A DNA stretch of 64,000 bases. Source: Phoronis australis. Its lineage: Eukaryota; Animalia; Phoronida. Below the pieces are notes generated by a model that ran no database searches, was not told the origin of the DNA, and saw only the letters and a program-made list of their open reading frames with translations. Positions 33,601 to 48,600 of the stretch are shown here, in pieces. How positions within the stretch are numbered: position 1 is the first letter of the stretch; every line of letters starts with the position of its first letter. The stretch lies in assembly GCA_002633005.1 (NCBI GenBank), contig NMRA01000360.1, forward strand, positions 375,065-439,064, in the 5' to 3' direction. The position numbers and the translations under genes were made by a program.

Positions 33601-36600
33601 GGAAATTAAAATAGTTAATTTTTTAGCAAATTAGCATACTTTGAGCATTTGGCTCCAGAATATGGACAAGGAATTTTGAACATTATGTAGCCATCATCAA
33701 TTTGAATTTTCTGTTGTGGAGAACACTGATATGTAACCTGATCTTTGCTCGTAAAATCAGGGAAGTTGAACATTTTAAAGGCACGCATCGTTTAAAAAAC
33801 AACGCATTTGAGACATAAACGTAACGAGGCATCCAAAAAATCATGCTTTGCACTGTGATTAAGTGCAGAATGCATTGTTTTTAAAACCTAGACATAGGCT
33901 CATTTTTAAAATGCCGACTCCGTGAATAAGGTGTATTGCGATATTTTTGTGAACCATGTGGCAACAACATGTTGCACGAAGGCCAGGAAGTCTGGCTTAG
34001 CTCGTGTACAAGCGTGATTCTCGAGGCACCTTGGTGGCAGTAGTTGCTTCATTTTAAGCAAACTTGGATGCATGCACTGGTCTAGAGTTTGAAAAGTGGG
34101 GGTCCAAATTGGCAAGATAGACTCTATCCATATACGGAGACTCTGTATGAGGTCACTCTGACGTCACAGGACATTGAGGCATTCCTGCGAAAGACATGGC
34201 TACTGGCATTTGTCTATTGTCAGTGTGACGTCCATGGTAAAGATAGACGGTAATGAATAGTCTGTTGTCTCGATACAGCAACAAGAAATTATGTGTTTCA
34301 ATAAAATCTATGAACAAGAAAGGTTACAATTCTCCATTTAATCATTGTGTTCTCTGAGTTTGTCTTGAAACTGGCTCTATTTTCTCTTATGGATGTACCA
34401 TCCAAGCCACCATTTTTTAAAGCTGACTGTCCCAATGACGGCCATGAGTCCCTGCTTGGATGTTCCTGTTTGCTCATATTTCATGTGTTACCCATGATTC
34501 AGTGGAGTTAACTGTACGAATATTATACTTCATGTGCAGGAGGACAAGTCGTTACTGGACTAACCCCTGTACACATCATGTGTTAAGATGTTGAAAGTTA
34601 TTTTTGTCTCTGCCACCATTTTACTAGGATTTTAAGCATTGACACTTGTTCATCATATTTTTTGCTGAATAGAATAAGGCATTATAATTCAATTCAGGAT
34701 ATTGTTGCCATGGTAATGACTGTTAACTACCTGTATCANGTACAGAAGTGTCAGTAGCTATTGGCCAATGTCACTACCAAGGTCGCGTGAACAGATACCA
34801 TGAAGTTTGAGAAGTGTAGGCGATGTGGTTCCAATTTTTTTATCACTTGCACTAGCCTGAGTTAACGGGTGAAGTGTTGTAATAACAAAAAGTCATGTTT
34901 GCAAAGTATCAGTGTTCTCCACAGCCTGTTTCGACTCATTGCAGTACTGTAACGAGTTTGGATTTTGATGCATAAAAAATCATAGGAAATTAAAATAGTT
35001 AATTTTTTTAGCAAATTAGCATACTTTGAGCATTTGACTCCACAATATGGACAAGGATTTTTGAACATTATGTAGCCATCATCAATTTGAATTTTCTGTT
35101 GTGGAGAACACTGATATGTAACCTGATCTTTGCTCGTAAAATCAGGGAAGTTGAACATTTTAAAGGCATGCATCGTTTAAAAAACAACGAATTTGAGACA
35201 TAAACGTAACGAGGCATCCAAAAAATCATGCTTTACGATGTGATTAAGTGCAGAATGCATTGTTTTTAAAATCTAGACATAGGCTCATTTTTAAAATGAC
35301 GACTCCGTGAATAAGGTGTATTGCGATATTTTTGTGAACCATGTGGCAACAACGTGTTGCACGAAGGACAGGAAGTGTGGCATGGCTCATTTACAAGCGT
35401 GATTCTCGGGTTACCTTGGTGGCAGTAGTTGCTTCGTTTTAAGCAAACTTGGATGCATGCTCTGGTCTAGAATTTGGGGGCCCAAATTGGCAAGATAGAC
35501 TCTCTCCATATAAGGAGACTCAGTATGAGGTCACTCTGACGTCACAGGACATTGAGGCATTCCTGGGAAAAACATGACTACTGGCATTTGTCTATTGTCA
35601 GTGTGACGTCCATGGTAAAGATAGACGGTAATGAATAGTCTGTTGTCTCGATACAGCAACAAGAAATTATGTGTTTCAATAAAATCTACAGAACAAGAAA
35701 GGTTACAATTCTCCATTTAATCATTGTGTTCTCTGAGTTTGTCTTGAAACTGGCTCTATTTTCTCTTATGGATGTACCATCCAAGCCACCATTTTTTAAA
35801 GCTGACTGTCCCAATGACGGCCATGAGTCCCTGCTTGGATGTTCCTGTTTGCTCATATTTCATGTGTTACCCATGATTCAGTGGAGTTAACTGTACGAAT
35901 ATTATACTTCATGTGCAGGAGGACAAGTCGTTACTGGACTAACCCCTGTACACATCATGTGTTAAGATGTTGAAAGTTATTTTTGTCTCTGCCACCATTT
36001 TACTAGGATTTTAAGCATTGACACTTGTTCATCATATTTTTTGCTGAATAGAATAAGGCATTATAATTCAATTCAGGATATTGTTGCCATGGTAATGACT
36101 GTTAACTACCTGTATCATCCTTGCTCATTATGTGGCTATTTTTCGAAGAATTATTGGTAAAAATAAAATTTGTTCTAGCAAAGTCGCTACGAAAGGGGGT
36201 GCTTTTGAAATGAAAACATTGTGTTTGTTCCAAATAAGTAAAAACCTACCAGTTACAGTTGATGTGAAATTAAAATATTACCGATTTATGGTGTTTTTGA
36301 TTCATGAATTTGTTGCAGTTGGTATTATGGCAATGTTCTGCCTAAGAATGTACTTGTACGCGAACCAAACATCCATGTGTTATCTGCAATGAATTTATTC
36401 TGCGTTGCAGTCTTATTTCGCAACTGGTAACTCCATGTGACCCATAGTGCTTGAGATCTGGATAGCGAAAACTTATATTTTTAGCTTTGTTCCAACATGC
36501 CATTAATTTGGTCTCGCGACCAGTGTCTTTTTAGTAAAATTTTGAAAACGGAATATTTATAGCAAAAACAATGGTATCAGTAACATAACCAAATATCTAT

Positions 36601-39600
36601 TATAATCAGTTTGAAATCTCTATAACACTGCTGCAGTTTTATATATTTAATTTTCAGTTGATGCAACTTTTGAGTTTTGTTATAAAATCAGAAAAGCCTT
36701 ATTTTTGTAGTACCTCATGCAGAAGTGGAACTTAAACAGTTCTTGATGGCAATCTATACTAATGGTTATAAATCTGAACCCGCAGTACATGTTCCCACAC
36801 CTGATCTTAAATTTACTTTGAACTTGGTTTGAGCATAATTTTGAGTCTCTAAAAGAGAGCCTTTTTTATGTTGAGACTGACGTATGTTGACACTGGCGTA
36901 CGTTACATACTGTTTCTAGAAAGAACCAGTAACTAAGTGACTTCTTTCTAAGTGACTTTTGATGTGAAAATGAAGTTGTGTACTAGCACCTATAGTGAGT
37001 GATGTTCTTCGCCTTATCTAGGGTTGCCAACGACTTTTATGAGCAAGGATTACAAGGCCCCCTCTGAGCCACAGTGCATCTTGGAGTTACTGTGTACGAA
37101 ACATGACGGCATTGTGTTGGAGGCCAAGGGTATAAAAGAACACTGGTGGAAACCTCACATTAAGAAGTTGTTCGAAAAGAAGGTAGGAATTGATGGCCAC
37201 GGTTGTCTCTATGAGACTTGCCGGGTGACAACAATTGTTTCCATGAGGAGATATCATTGTTATTGGACAATCGGCACTGTTGCTGTTTGAGCGACCAAGC
37301 CTTGCTATTATATGACGTGTATCCGCTTATAAAATTTGACGTTCCTGTGTGAGTTCTGGGTTCACTAAGGTCATAAACTAGGTGTGAGCTAAGATGATGG
37401 TAGTCTCCTGGTGCGAGTGGCTCATGAGGTTTTTTATAATTGTTATATGAAGCAATGAATGTAGATTGGATGGGAACACTTGTTAAAGCTGCTGTAAACC
37501 CGGGTTCCTTTTATAGAGAAAGAGACTTTAGATTCCACCATTTTTTCCTAGCAGCATGATGATATCTTATTTTTGTGTCTTGTGAAGAGTTGTCAGTTTG
37601 TAATTGTTTCACTCCGCATTCTCATCACAGAAAGTGACCCATTGTGACCTGTAGAGCCTCCTTCTCAGGCAGTAATGACCTGCCAGTTGTTTCCAAACCC
37701 AGGGGTCCATGACAGTGACTAAGACAGAAATTCAGTCTTCCACTCCCAATTCACAACTACTGATTAAAGGCTTAGCTGGGTAATCACTAGCACATCACCT
37801 CCTAATAATTTACATACAAAGTATCTCAGTAACTAGAAGTTAAGGGTATATTCTATGAGATGCTGCATTTTTCATGAAATGAGATTTCATGATTTTTCAG
37901 AAATAGTTTGGAGCGTAAGACCAAACTTCTGACAGAACCCAGAAGTCTCCATTTAGTTGAGTCAAGTTAAGTTAGTTTTTTGACGAAAGACCAGTTTACT
38001 GCAGCAACAAGTTTTTATATAGTGTTTTAACCAGGAAATATCCGAAATGCAGCAGTCTTAGCATTACCCAAGGTTATAAAACAGACCTCGGCTTATTGAA
38101 ATCTCATCTCTTTTGGGAACTACTATGAAGTATGAAGTATAGGTTATTAATGAAGTAGGTTATCTAATGAAGTAGGTTATTACACCATTGGTGTGATGTA
38201 GTGGTGGTTATTATCTTTTAGTTAAAACTGAATTTACTACCTCTTAAGTACTGTGTTATAAATGTGATCTGTTCTCCTTTTTTAAATTACAAAACTGTTA
38301 AAGCTAACTTGCTCAGTTCACCCACTACAGTACTATACTGGATGGAACATTAAGACGGTGCAGCCTATGCAAATGTATTTTCCTGTTACATTAAAGGCCC
38401 ATTTGACCATTTGAAAGATTTTAATATTATCCCGCTTAGCTGTATTAATCTCTTTGATGGTATTGTACTCGTATATTCTTATCTACATAAAGTGCTGTAT
38501 ATGTGCGTATCTTATGGACGTGACTGTGCTGGTTGGCTTCTCTAAATATGTTGGGAACGTTCAAACCTATTGGGATATTTATCTATTGAAGAGGTTTTAA
38601 CAAAGTTTCCCAGGAACTCTAAGACAGTGTTGAATAAGGAGCTAATTTGGCTTCATAATGGAACTTGTTTGCCATCCAGTGAATGGGTCTTTCGTTGTCT
38701 TTTGTAAAATTAACATAAGGTGTGTATTGGTTGCTTTTTGTTGGCAGAATTAGATTGAGTGAGTTGAGCTGAAAGGCGTTGAAGCTGATTTTGTGGTTCG
38801 CCCAGACAGGCAATCCTATTTGGGGGTCACTTGTATGGGTATAATGCATAAGAACTGTTAGTCCACAGAGAAAGAACTGCAGCATAACTCCTTTTGGCAT
38901 ATTGTCTGTGGGATTAATTATGATGTGAAGCAATGTGTCTGAAAGCTGGTGTTTAATATGCCCAGACTTGTACAGTCCTATCCAGGGTCTCAGTCAACTG
39001 GTCTCTCTGACTGGTTTTATCTTAGAAAAACATCTTCTTGGGGAGCAGTTCTTTGTCTACAGTTGTGCATGCTCAGGCAGGTCATTCTGTTAAGCCTGGA
39101 GACTGGCAGCTGTTGTTGGTCTTGCTTATTGGGTTTGTGCAGTTTGGTGGTTTAGTTTGGGTGTCTAGTATCTGGAAGATTGAGTGCAACCTGTTGGGCT
39201 TTAGTGCATACTGGGACAATATTTTAGCAGATGTAAGTACTTGTTTTATAAGTGATGTTTGAGTGTCTAGTATGGAGGATTGAGTGCTACCTGTTGGGCT
39301 TTAGTGCGTACTGTGACAATATTTTAGCATGTGTAAGTCCTCCTTTTATAAGTAATGTTTGAGTGTCTAGTATCTGTAGGATTGAGTGCATTGTTTACAA
39401 TCCGACTCCATTAACGTACATACTTAATACTACTATTTTCTGAATCCTTTAGTAATGGTGATTCCAAAAATGTATTACTTGTACTGATTGGTCGATTATT
39501 ATTCACAATTTCCAATCTTTTCCAAAGCGTTCATTTGCAACTCGGATTTAGTGAGGCAGCCATTTTTAAAATTTCGACACCTGTCGGCAGGATTGATAAC

Positions 39601-42600
39601 TAACGGTTAACCGCGAGATGTCAAGTGTTTTTGAGGAAGACATTTGTCCGCGAGAAGACACACTCGTGTTTTTTCTAATAAGTTTTGAAGAGGGAATCCT
39701 TTATAAATGACTATTACTGTTTTTTACTCAGAGTTTCCCTAACAATTGCCACGCGGTATCTCCAACATACTAGTCAATTTTGGGGTCTTTTTGACACATG
39801 CATGATCGTTGTAGTTATCATTCCTGCCGACAGATGTCGCAGTTTTATAATGGCGGTCACTCGAGATCGGCTGTGGCAAATGAACACCTTGTAAAAACGG
39901 TGAATGGATGAATAAAAAGAGCCTAATTGGTACGAGTAATACATTTTTGGAATCACCATGATCACCCTGACTAGAGGATTCAGAAAATGTTATTATCAAG
40001 TATGTACGTTAATGGAGTCGGATTGTAAACAATAACCCAATATTTTAGCAGGTGTAAGTACTCGTTTTATAAGTGATGTTTGAGTGTGTAGTATCTGGAG
40101 GATTGAGTGCAACCTGATGGGCTTTAGTGCATACTGTGACAATATGTTTAGCAGGTGTAAGTACTCGTGATGTTTTCACCATGATGTTTTAAAATCATTT
40201 TAACTCTCAGGTATGGTGGTTAATTTTGCCCATGTGGAAAAAGTTGTTCAGGGGTCAGTACAGCGACCCTTGATCTCCAGCTCATGAGTTTGTTTTGTGG
40301 TGTGTTGTGGGGAGAGTTGATACCAAATGTAAAGATCCTGGTTTCCTGTGATAACAGGAAATCAGGATGGAATTCACGGAATCTGACCCAGTGTTCTTTT
40401 ATGCCCTTTCCCTCATCTCGAAAACTAACGTTTTTGCAGAAGTGATTCCAACCTTGAAGGGAATTTTTTAGTCGTTTGAGGGGTTTGGTCAGGTGAGGGT
40501 GTTTCGCATAGCTTTTAGATATTTTTCATAAGGGGACCAAAATCGAGGCAATGAGGGCCCAGGTAAAGTCTGCTTTGCATTCTGGATATCTGTCATACAA
40601 AAATGCTCAATTACCCTCTGCTTTAAATTCAAAGAATAAAACTCCTTTGTGTGAACAGCTGTGGATTTTTCTTTGCATTCCAGGTCCGGAATTCTCAGTT
40701 TGTTCCGCAGTCCTAGCCCTATTGTACACTTTTCTGTAGTAACCCCTAAAAGGTTCTTGATATATTTAACCCAACAGTTTGTGCTAAATAGGCTTAGCAG
40801 GCCCTATAAATATTCTCTATAAAATGTTAGCTATTGTATGCCTAATAGTTTTAAAATATTGTTGTTTGTTCATGCCAGTAACTATTGGTCTGCTTTGTGT
40901 GCATGGTTGAAGGTGATTGTTGTTTTTGTAAGAAAACACTCTGTGGTTCTATGAGGATTTATTAGCTAGGTTTATTTAGTTTTACCAGGGCAAAGTTTGC
41001 AGTTGTGTAGAGTTGTAAGATAATACTTTCTGGAGCAGAAACCTTGACACGTTTAGGGAATTGTTTGGTGTGAAGTAGGTACATATTGTTAGGTGCTAGA
41101 GTTTGTTATCAAAACTATGTTGTCCAGGAGCTTGGATTGAGGTGGCGCTGTGCACTATATCAAGCTGCAAGTTCTTAATTTGCCTGTAAGAAAGAAATGT
41201 GGAAGTTAGGCACCTTGTGATCTTTGTTGTCCTTGTACTGCAGGGATCTACGTATATTGAGGTTGTAAATGTTAATTAGTACTTTTGAGCTGTTCTGCAG
41301 TGAAAGAAGGATGGAAGTATCTAAACCCTTTGTAGAGTGGACAATCTAAACATGTCTCATTGATTTGGCTTGGATGTTTTGTTCGTGTGTGTGGGTAGAA
41401 GTTGACTGGTATGAGTGATCGTGCTTGAAAGTATATTTACTAAACATTTGCCTTCCATTATGCTTGGCTTGTATTTTCAATTAAGTAGTTATTTTAGTCT
41501 CTGGTAAGTGATGGTTCATGTCTGATTTTCATTTATTAGTTGAATTTCAAAAACATGACAAACCGTTTGAATTAGAAAGTTCTGCTAACACGGCCAAAAT
41601 AAATTAAAATTCCTTTGAGTTTCGTTGGGGAAACTTCATGACTTAATTGATCGCAATCTGACCATCAGGTGGCATACCTGCTGGTTCTCTAAGGATGGGT
41701 CATACGGGGAATTTATGGAAATAGCTAGACCCACCCAAAAGTATACCCTGAGCCGTATTTTCGGTAACTGCATGTTTGGAAAATCTGATGGATTGTTCTG
41801 AAATACGCTTTCAATATGTTTCGATGTAAAATTTTGACAATGCGTTATGAGACCAATTATTTAACATTATGGGGTGACATTATGGGGTGACATTGTCGCT
41901 AACAGACCACATAAGTACAGTATGAAGAACAATTTTAATGACATAATTTCCAAAAATATGCCCCTCTTTTCCAAAATTGCACATATATTTAATTTCAGTT
42001 TTATTTCACGTTTTTGAAACGTCATTTTCCGCATGTACGCCCATGGGCCTATTTTTGGAAATTCGAGGTAAATATGACAAAAGTAAATAGCAACATCCCT
42101 CATCTTCATTCACAACGTCGTCATTCTGCCTGATGGTGCCCGCTTCCTTAACCAGGGCTTGGAATTTTCCGCGGAAACGCGGATTTCCGCTTTTTTCAAA
42201 TGTTCTTTCCGCGTATTTTATTATATTTCCGCGTAAAAAAAATCGGATTTGATATAAAATTTCCGCGGCAAATGTCTTTCTTACCGCCGCGTTGCTGACG
42301 ACTTTCACCTCGAAAAGCGGAAGTTGCTCTTTATGTTTCGGAGGAGCGTAAATTGTCAACATTGCCGGGGCATCTGGGATAGCATGCGGCATGGCGGCTC
42401 GTGTGACTGTAAACCGCGGTGACAAATACTACGACTCTGTAGCCAAAAAATGTTTGAAGGTGGGAGTGGTAGACGAGCTAAGACAGACGCAGACGCACGC
42501 TTCCAGAGGTGGTACCGTTTATTTTTTTTTTAGTCCTCGATTTTGGTCGGCAAAAGGTCCACACCGACTGCTGGCTGCACGCATGTTTCGGGCCGTAAAA

Positions 42601-45600
42601 ATTTCCGCGTTTTTCGCCATTGGTCATTCCAAGCCCAGCTTAACATCCGATTTCTTTTTATTACAGGTGCTGAAAGGAGGCAAGGTTGAGAACTTGTCAG
42701 GTGTTTTAGAACTGAACAACTTTGAGGTCAACAGGTAAGATAGTGTACTTCTTATGTTAATGTTTGTTCCTATTGTGAAAAACACGGTGCTGTGCGCTGC
42801 CCGAATAGTACTTGAAAGTTGTTGCTTTTGAGGATCACCGCAGTAGTAATATAAATGGCTCTTTCTGAGTTTCTGTTGTTTTTGCCAAAAACAGCTGGTG
42901 ACAGACTTTAAATGCAAAGCATTACCACAAGTTGTTATTCTGTTGATACCTAGGAAGAACAATTGTCAAGTTGGGTCGCAACTTTGACCTGTATGAAGTA
43001 GTAATATTATGCCACACAAATGCTCAGAATAAATGCTGATTCTTCCTAGATTAGCGCATTTAGTTTATTTTTATATTTATTTATTTTTCTTTTGATGTCG
43101 TGTGCATTTCAGCATGGGCTTGGAATTGGGGGTAACGTGTCCTGAAAACCCAAAAGTGGTGATTTTTGGGGGAAAATAGCCACCAAATGTCGCTCCATCT
43201 CAAAATTTTCTTGATTATTATCTGGTTCAATTGAATGTTTTGCAAACGATGTAACGTGGCATTTAGAAAATTAACATAAATTGGCTGTTTATTATTATTT
43301 GTTGAATAGACGTGTTTTCTTATTGATTCAGCAAAGCGATAAACAATGCGTACGAAGAGTATGTGTTGAGTGTGGGTGACTTTGACGAGCGTGTGTTCCT
43401 GGGCGAGGACGCTAGTGAGGAGATCGGCACCCCTGCCAAGTTTGCACCTGCCGCCACAGGGGACTTGTCGGACGAGATGGCCGTGAAGAAGAACCTGCAG
43501 CTACATATGGAGAAGGTATGATGGTGACAAAGTCGCTTGTCTCTGCTGTAGTTTAGATGTGTGGTTTGTAGTATGCACCAAAGATTTTCACACGTGAATC
43601 CCGGGCTTATTTGGTCGAGGATATCTTTCAGGACTAAAAGCCGACTGCAAATATACGCCTAGGCTAGTAGCTGCTATTTGTTTTCACCTCTTTTCAATGA
43701 GGCCCTTGTCAATGCACAGCACCACTTTCCATAATTGAACTCTTGGAAACATTCCCTGTAAGTAATCACTCGTTTCCAAGAACTCTAGGCAACTGACATC
43801 ATAAACATTGTCTAATGAGTGAGTGATGGGTGAGGTACTGTGTACTTTGAGCACTGCTTACATCATCACAAAGTACGATAGAGATCAAAAGACTGGCTGT
43901 TTCAAGGATATGTGTGTGTCACTTTGTTCACAATTCAAAAAAACTGCCAACACTTTACACTGTCTTCACTTTCAGACGACCGTCCTTGGTAAGTCTACAC
44001 CTCTGACTGGAAGGAGGTATCTGAGGGACAGTGACAGGAACAATGTGACCCCCGTTTCCACGGCAACACAAGGGGTTGCGCGTCTACAAGCGCTGTTGAG
44101 TGGCTGTAGGAGGTCGCCTAGCGATAACCTAATGGAGATATTCAAGTAAGTGGGGGTTGCAGGAAACTACTCACCTGCTGAGGTACTACCTCTTGAACTT
44201 TGAACTCCTCCTTTGTAGGCACATTGGTTTACCAATTAACACTGGCATTCATTTTTGTTTTCAATAGGTTTACAAAAATTACCTAATCTATTCAAACTCA
44301 TTCTTTTTCAAACTTCTGTTTTTTGCACTTCAAGTGTGGTTTCAGATGGGAATTCTACACAGAATTTTAACATATATTTTGGGATTGCACATTTCTTAAG
44401 CCTTTTTGGAACAGAATAGCTGAATATTATATTCACGCACAAAAACGTCGATATATCGATAGTTTTCAAACTGTTACATTTGGTGAAACTGGAAAAGGGA
44501 ATAAACTGTTTAATGTTATCGTTCTTTTGACCAAACAGCATATGTACTGTAGAAAGCTGAAACTAAAGCTTCCAACTATAACACTTTTCAAAAAAGTATT
44601 AGAAACTTATTTCACATTCGAAAAATTTAATAATTGTAAAAATGGATTAGGTGACATATTTCTTCAAAGGTGGTCTGTTTTTTCCTCTTTAAAAAGAAAC
44701 TACAGATGAGAAAAGTGCATTTGGTGTTTTTGGTTTGTGAAATGGAGTTTAGGGTGAAATGTGTGGATTGTGTGTGTGTGTGTGTGATGTGTCATTGGGG
44801 ATTTCTGTCTTTGTACTGTGTTATTATTATTGTTATTATTATTGTCATAAAAAGTGTTTCTGAAACTGAACTAGCACTGGGTACATCAGTCATTTTGTGA
44901 CCACTTTCATCAATGTTCTTTCATAAGGATAAAAGCTCATAAGAGAACACCAAATTACCAAACATGTTCCACTGAATGTGTGCATTATAAATTATGTTCC
45001 TTTGTTAAATTTCGTGGAATTGTAGGTTCTTTTTTTGAGTAATTTATTGAGAAATTGTTATTAGCTGGGGTTCCGCGTTTTGAGAACCAGTTTGATGCCT
45101 TTATTCAGCGGAGAAGACTGATTCTCAAAAGGTAGGACCCCTGTAGGTGATTATCACCATTTCTTCAATACTTTTTTGTGACGTAATTCAGGGCTGATTA
45201 TCAACTCAACAAAAACTTCCCTTCAGGAGGTTCACGCCCTTTTCCCCTCAGGTGAACGATGGCCCTAAGTTGCTTTAATTTTCCCATGAATATTCAAGTA
45301 TTTATGAAGAGTGAAAACCGTACTAGTCTCAGTTTGTCTTAATTTTCCCATGAATATTCGGGTGTTAATTGAGTGTTTGCAATAATCACACTAGGCTGCC
45401 GAAGCAATCGTAAGAGGCATGTAGAACATTCATTCCCGGCTTGCCCGCTTTCCTCTAATGTTTCAGTATAATTTTCTATTTGTCGTCACCACCTTTATTC
45501 TATTTCGTCTTTTGTCAGAAATGATTGTTCCCGCAATCCATTTGATGCCATTACGGCACTGGTGTCACAGGCGGGCGAAACATTCTGCGAGCGTTTTGCT

Positions 45601-48600
45601 CAGCCGTCGGAAGACCACCCGGGGTCGCACATCGATTTCGCCAGGCAGAGGCTACAGCTTGGTGAGAGTCTCTACTACAAAACGTTAGAGAATATTCTGA
45701 TGTCCGAGAAGAAGAGGCTAGCCAATGGGAATCAAAAGATTGACTTGTCGGTGAGTGTTGACGCATTTTACTTTACATCCAGATTTTAAGCTTGGATCTG
45801 ATAATTTGAAACAGGAATTCGTGGAAAATGCAGTTAAATTTCAGTTAATTCCAACTGGCAATAAAATTTGCTGAACTCTGATATCATTGGTTTCTTACAA
45901 TAGCCTACTGTTGAGTGTCTCTGAAATGCTAATTTCTGATCCTTGCTAGGCATTTTCTAAACAACAACTGCATCATACATCACCAGATATGTAAATTGTA
46001 GATTTCTCCTTTCATTACTGTTATTACCATATTAACAATAACAAAAATTCCTGTGTTTTGTCTGGACAATAGAAGGCCTGGGAATTACTAAAGTGGTTTT
46101 TGTCCGTGGAAATCGTGTGGAAACATTTGTTTGCTTTATTTCAGAATCTCCTTGAGCATGACGTCTTCCACAAGTCTTTGCTCGCCTGCTGCTTAGAGAT
46201 TGTCATATTTTCCTACAACTCACAGAGGTAAGACGCATGTCATACCCGTCTTTCAGTTTCATTTTTTGTACACAGTTTTGACTCTTACATGTATGTCGTG
46301 TTTTCGATGTCTTTTTGCTAAAAATGTTAGTACAGCAGCAACGGTTTTTTGATTTTTCCTTCACTCGAAATAAAGTAAAAGTTTCTTTTTAACTACACAA
46401 TGACTGAGTCATTGTGGAATGCAGATTGTGCCTGTCATTTCGTTTGGTCAAAAGAAGTGAAAGTAGACAAGATGAACGCCTTTTACTGAGTAATGTAGAA
46501 TGCTTTTCTATTGTTTCCTGCTTGGTTGCATAATACGTGTAAACAACAATGAACTCTGAAAAATATAACCACGGATTTTTATTTTAAAGCTGCATTTTGC
46601 TCTGATTTGTTGGCTGAAAAGAAAAATCAAATTAGGCCTTTTAATCTATGAAATCGGTCTCATGATATACCTTACCTTAGTTGGATTGTATTTCTGTTGC
46701 CAACAAAAAATCAAAACCATCAGCAACTAAAGAAAGTGCTTCGGAGTTCATTGGAGCTGGCCAACCCTAATATTGTGGAGTTGAAAATGGCATGTGTATC
46801 CATTGCCCTTGTGTCTTAAGTTATAGGCTCGTTTGGCAAAAATTCAACGTACGATGAGTATGGTGATGATTTCAAACCCCAAAACGCGTAACTTGAGAGA
46901 AACACAGCTTAAAGCAAAGGCATCCTTAAAAATGATTACGTTCCCCTTTTAGTCATGTATTCAGCTAGTCACGTGGACGACTGACCTACAGACACACCCA
47001 TGCGGATGGTCTACCTTCTGCTGTCAGTCTATCCAAGATATTAAAAAGAGTAACCTTTATTCATTAGAGCCACCTGGGGAATGAAAAGTTTCCCATTACA
47101 CCTGTCTTATCTCATTGCAGGATATTCCCGTGGATCGTGGAAGTCTTTGAGCTGGCCCCATACCATTTCTACAAGGTGATCGAGTTGCTCATTCGCTCAG
47201 AGGGGGAGCTTTGGAGAGAAGTTGTGAAGCATCTCAACTGTGTGAGTAGTAATACACAGGGATGCGGGTGGGAGTGGCGCGGGTGGGAGTGATGCGGGTC
47301 ATATAGATCAATGGCAGTGTTGGATCATTACTGACAACTACTCAGAATTGTCCAACTTCGGTTCTTGGGTGAAGCTTTCCTGGAAATTTTCCTCATTTGA
47401 ACTGAACTGAAATGGAATATCTGTGTCGTGTATGGTGCTAAATCAAGAAAAAGCAGATTGGGGCAATTGCTTTGTGCCTTCCAACTCATTCATTAACGGT
47501 TTCTATCAAATCCAAGTGTGTCTATTTTGGCACAACAAGCAGGGTGTTAATATTGCTGCAAATAAGTATCAGTCGTATTCATATTTGGTATTTTAGTCCT
47601 TTTTCATTGTACTCTAATCTCTTGTAATGGTCGAGATGAATGTTGTTCTGTATATTTTTGTGTTTTGCAAATTAAAAATATTTATTTTGGGCCTATGTAT
47701 GTATGAATACCTTAATGAATGTTTTCAGATATAAGTTCTCATTTAAGGATATCCAATTCCTGTGACAAATGGTCACTTTTTTTCCGTGCTTGATCAAATG
47801 GCTGTTTTCACTTTAGATTGAGGAGAGTATCCTAGACTCTCTGGCGTGGAAGTCTGATTCGCCATTATGGGTGACAGTCAACATTGGAGGTGGGACGATA
47901 CCACCATATGAGGAAGTGAGTCAACCTATTGTACTACTACTTTCAGTGTATGTCTTTAGGGGAAGTAGGTTGTTGAATTATCAAATGGATGAGATTAAGT
48001 AAAAAAATGGTTCTTCATTAATATTGTATACTTAACTAATAATTTGTAAAAATCCAATCATTATTATTTTTTAAGATGTTTATGTGAAGATGCTCTCTGA
48101 TATGAATTCAATGTGTCTTTAGGGGAAGTAGGTTGTTGAATTATCAAATGGATGAGATTAAGTAAAAAAATGGTTCTTCATTAATATTGTATTCTTAACT
48201 AATAATTTGTAAAAATCCAATCATTATTATTTTTTAAGATGTTTATGTGAAGATGCTCTCTGATATGAATTCAATGTTTCAAGTTGCTCTACTCGATGAG
48301 GTTGTTGGCCTTGCTGTAGTTCCCTTTGTCTCCTCCAGGTGTCTCTACCCGACTCCAACACCAATGGGTCCAACCCATTACAGTCCCCAGTCCTACGTCA
48401 TCCTGCCGTCAACAGACTGACCGGTGTTGATTCCAGGCAGAGCCTCATTATGAAGAAAGGTGAGTGCATAATTAAAATAGTTAGACCTGCCCTCCATTGT
48501 AAGAACGAACTTTTGATTTAGGCCATTTTATGAAATAGGCCTCAAATTGTTTTTTATGCGCCCACCTATTTATATGTGGGTACATATTGTCGTCATCTCT

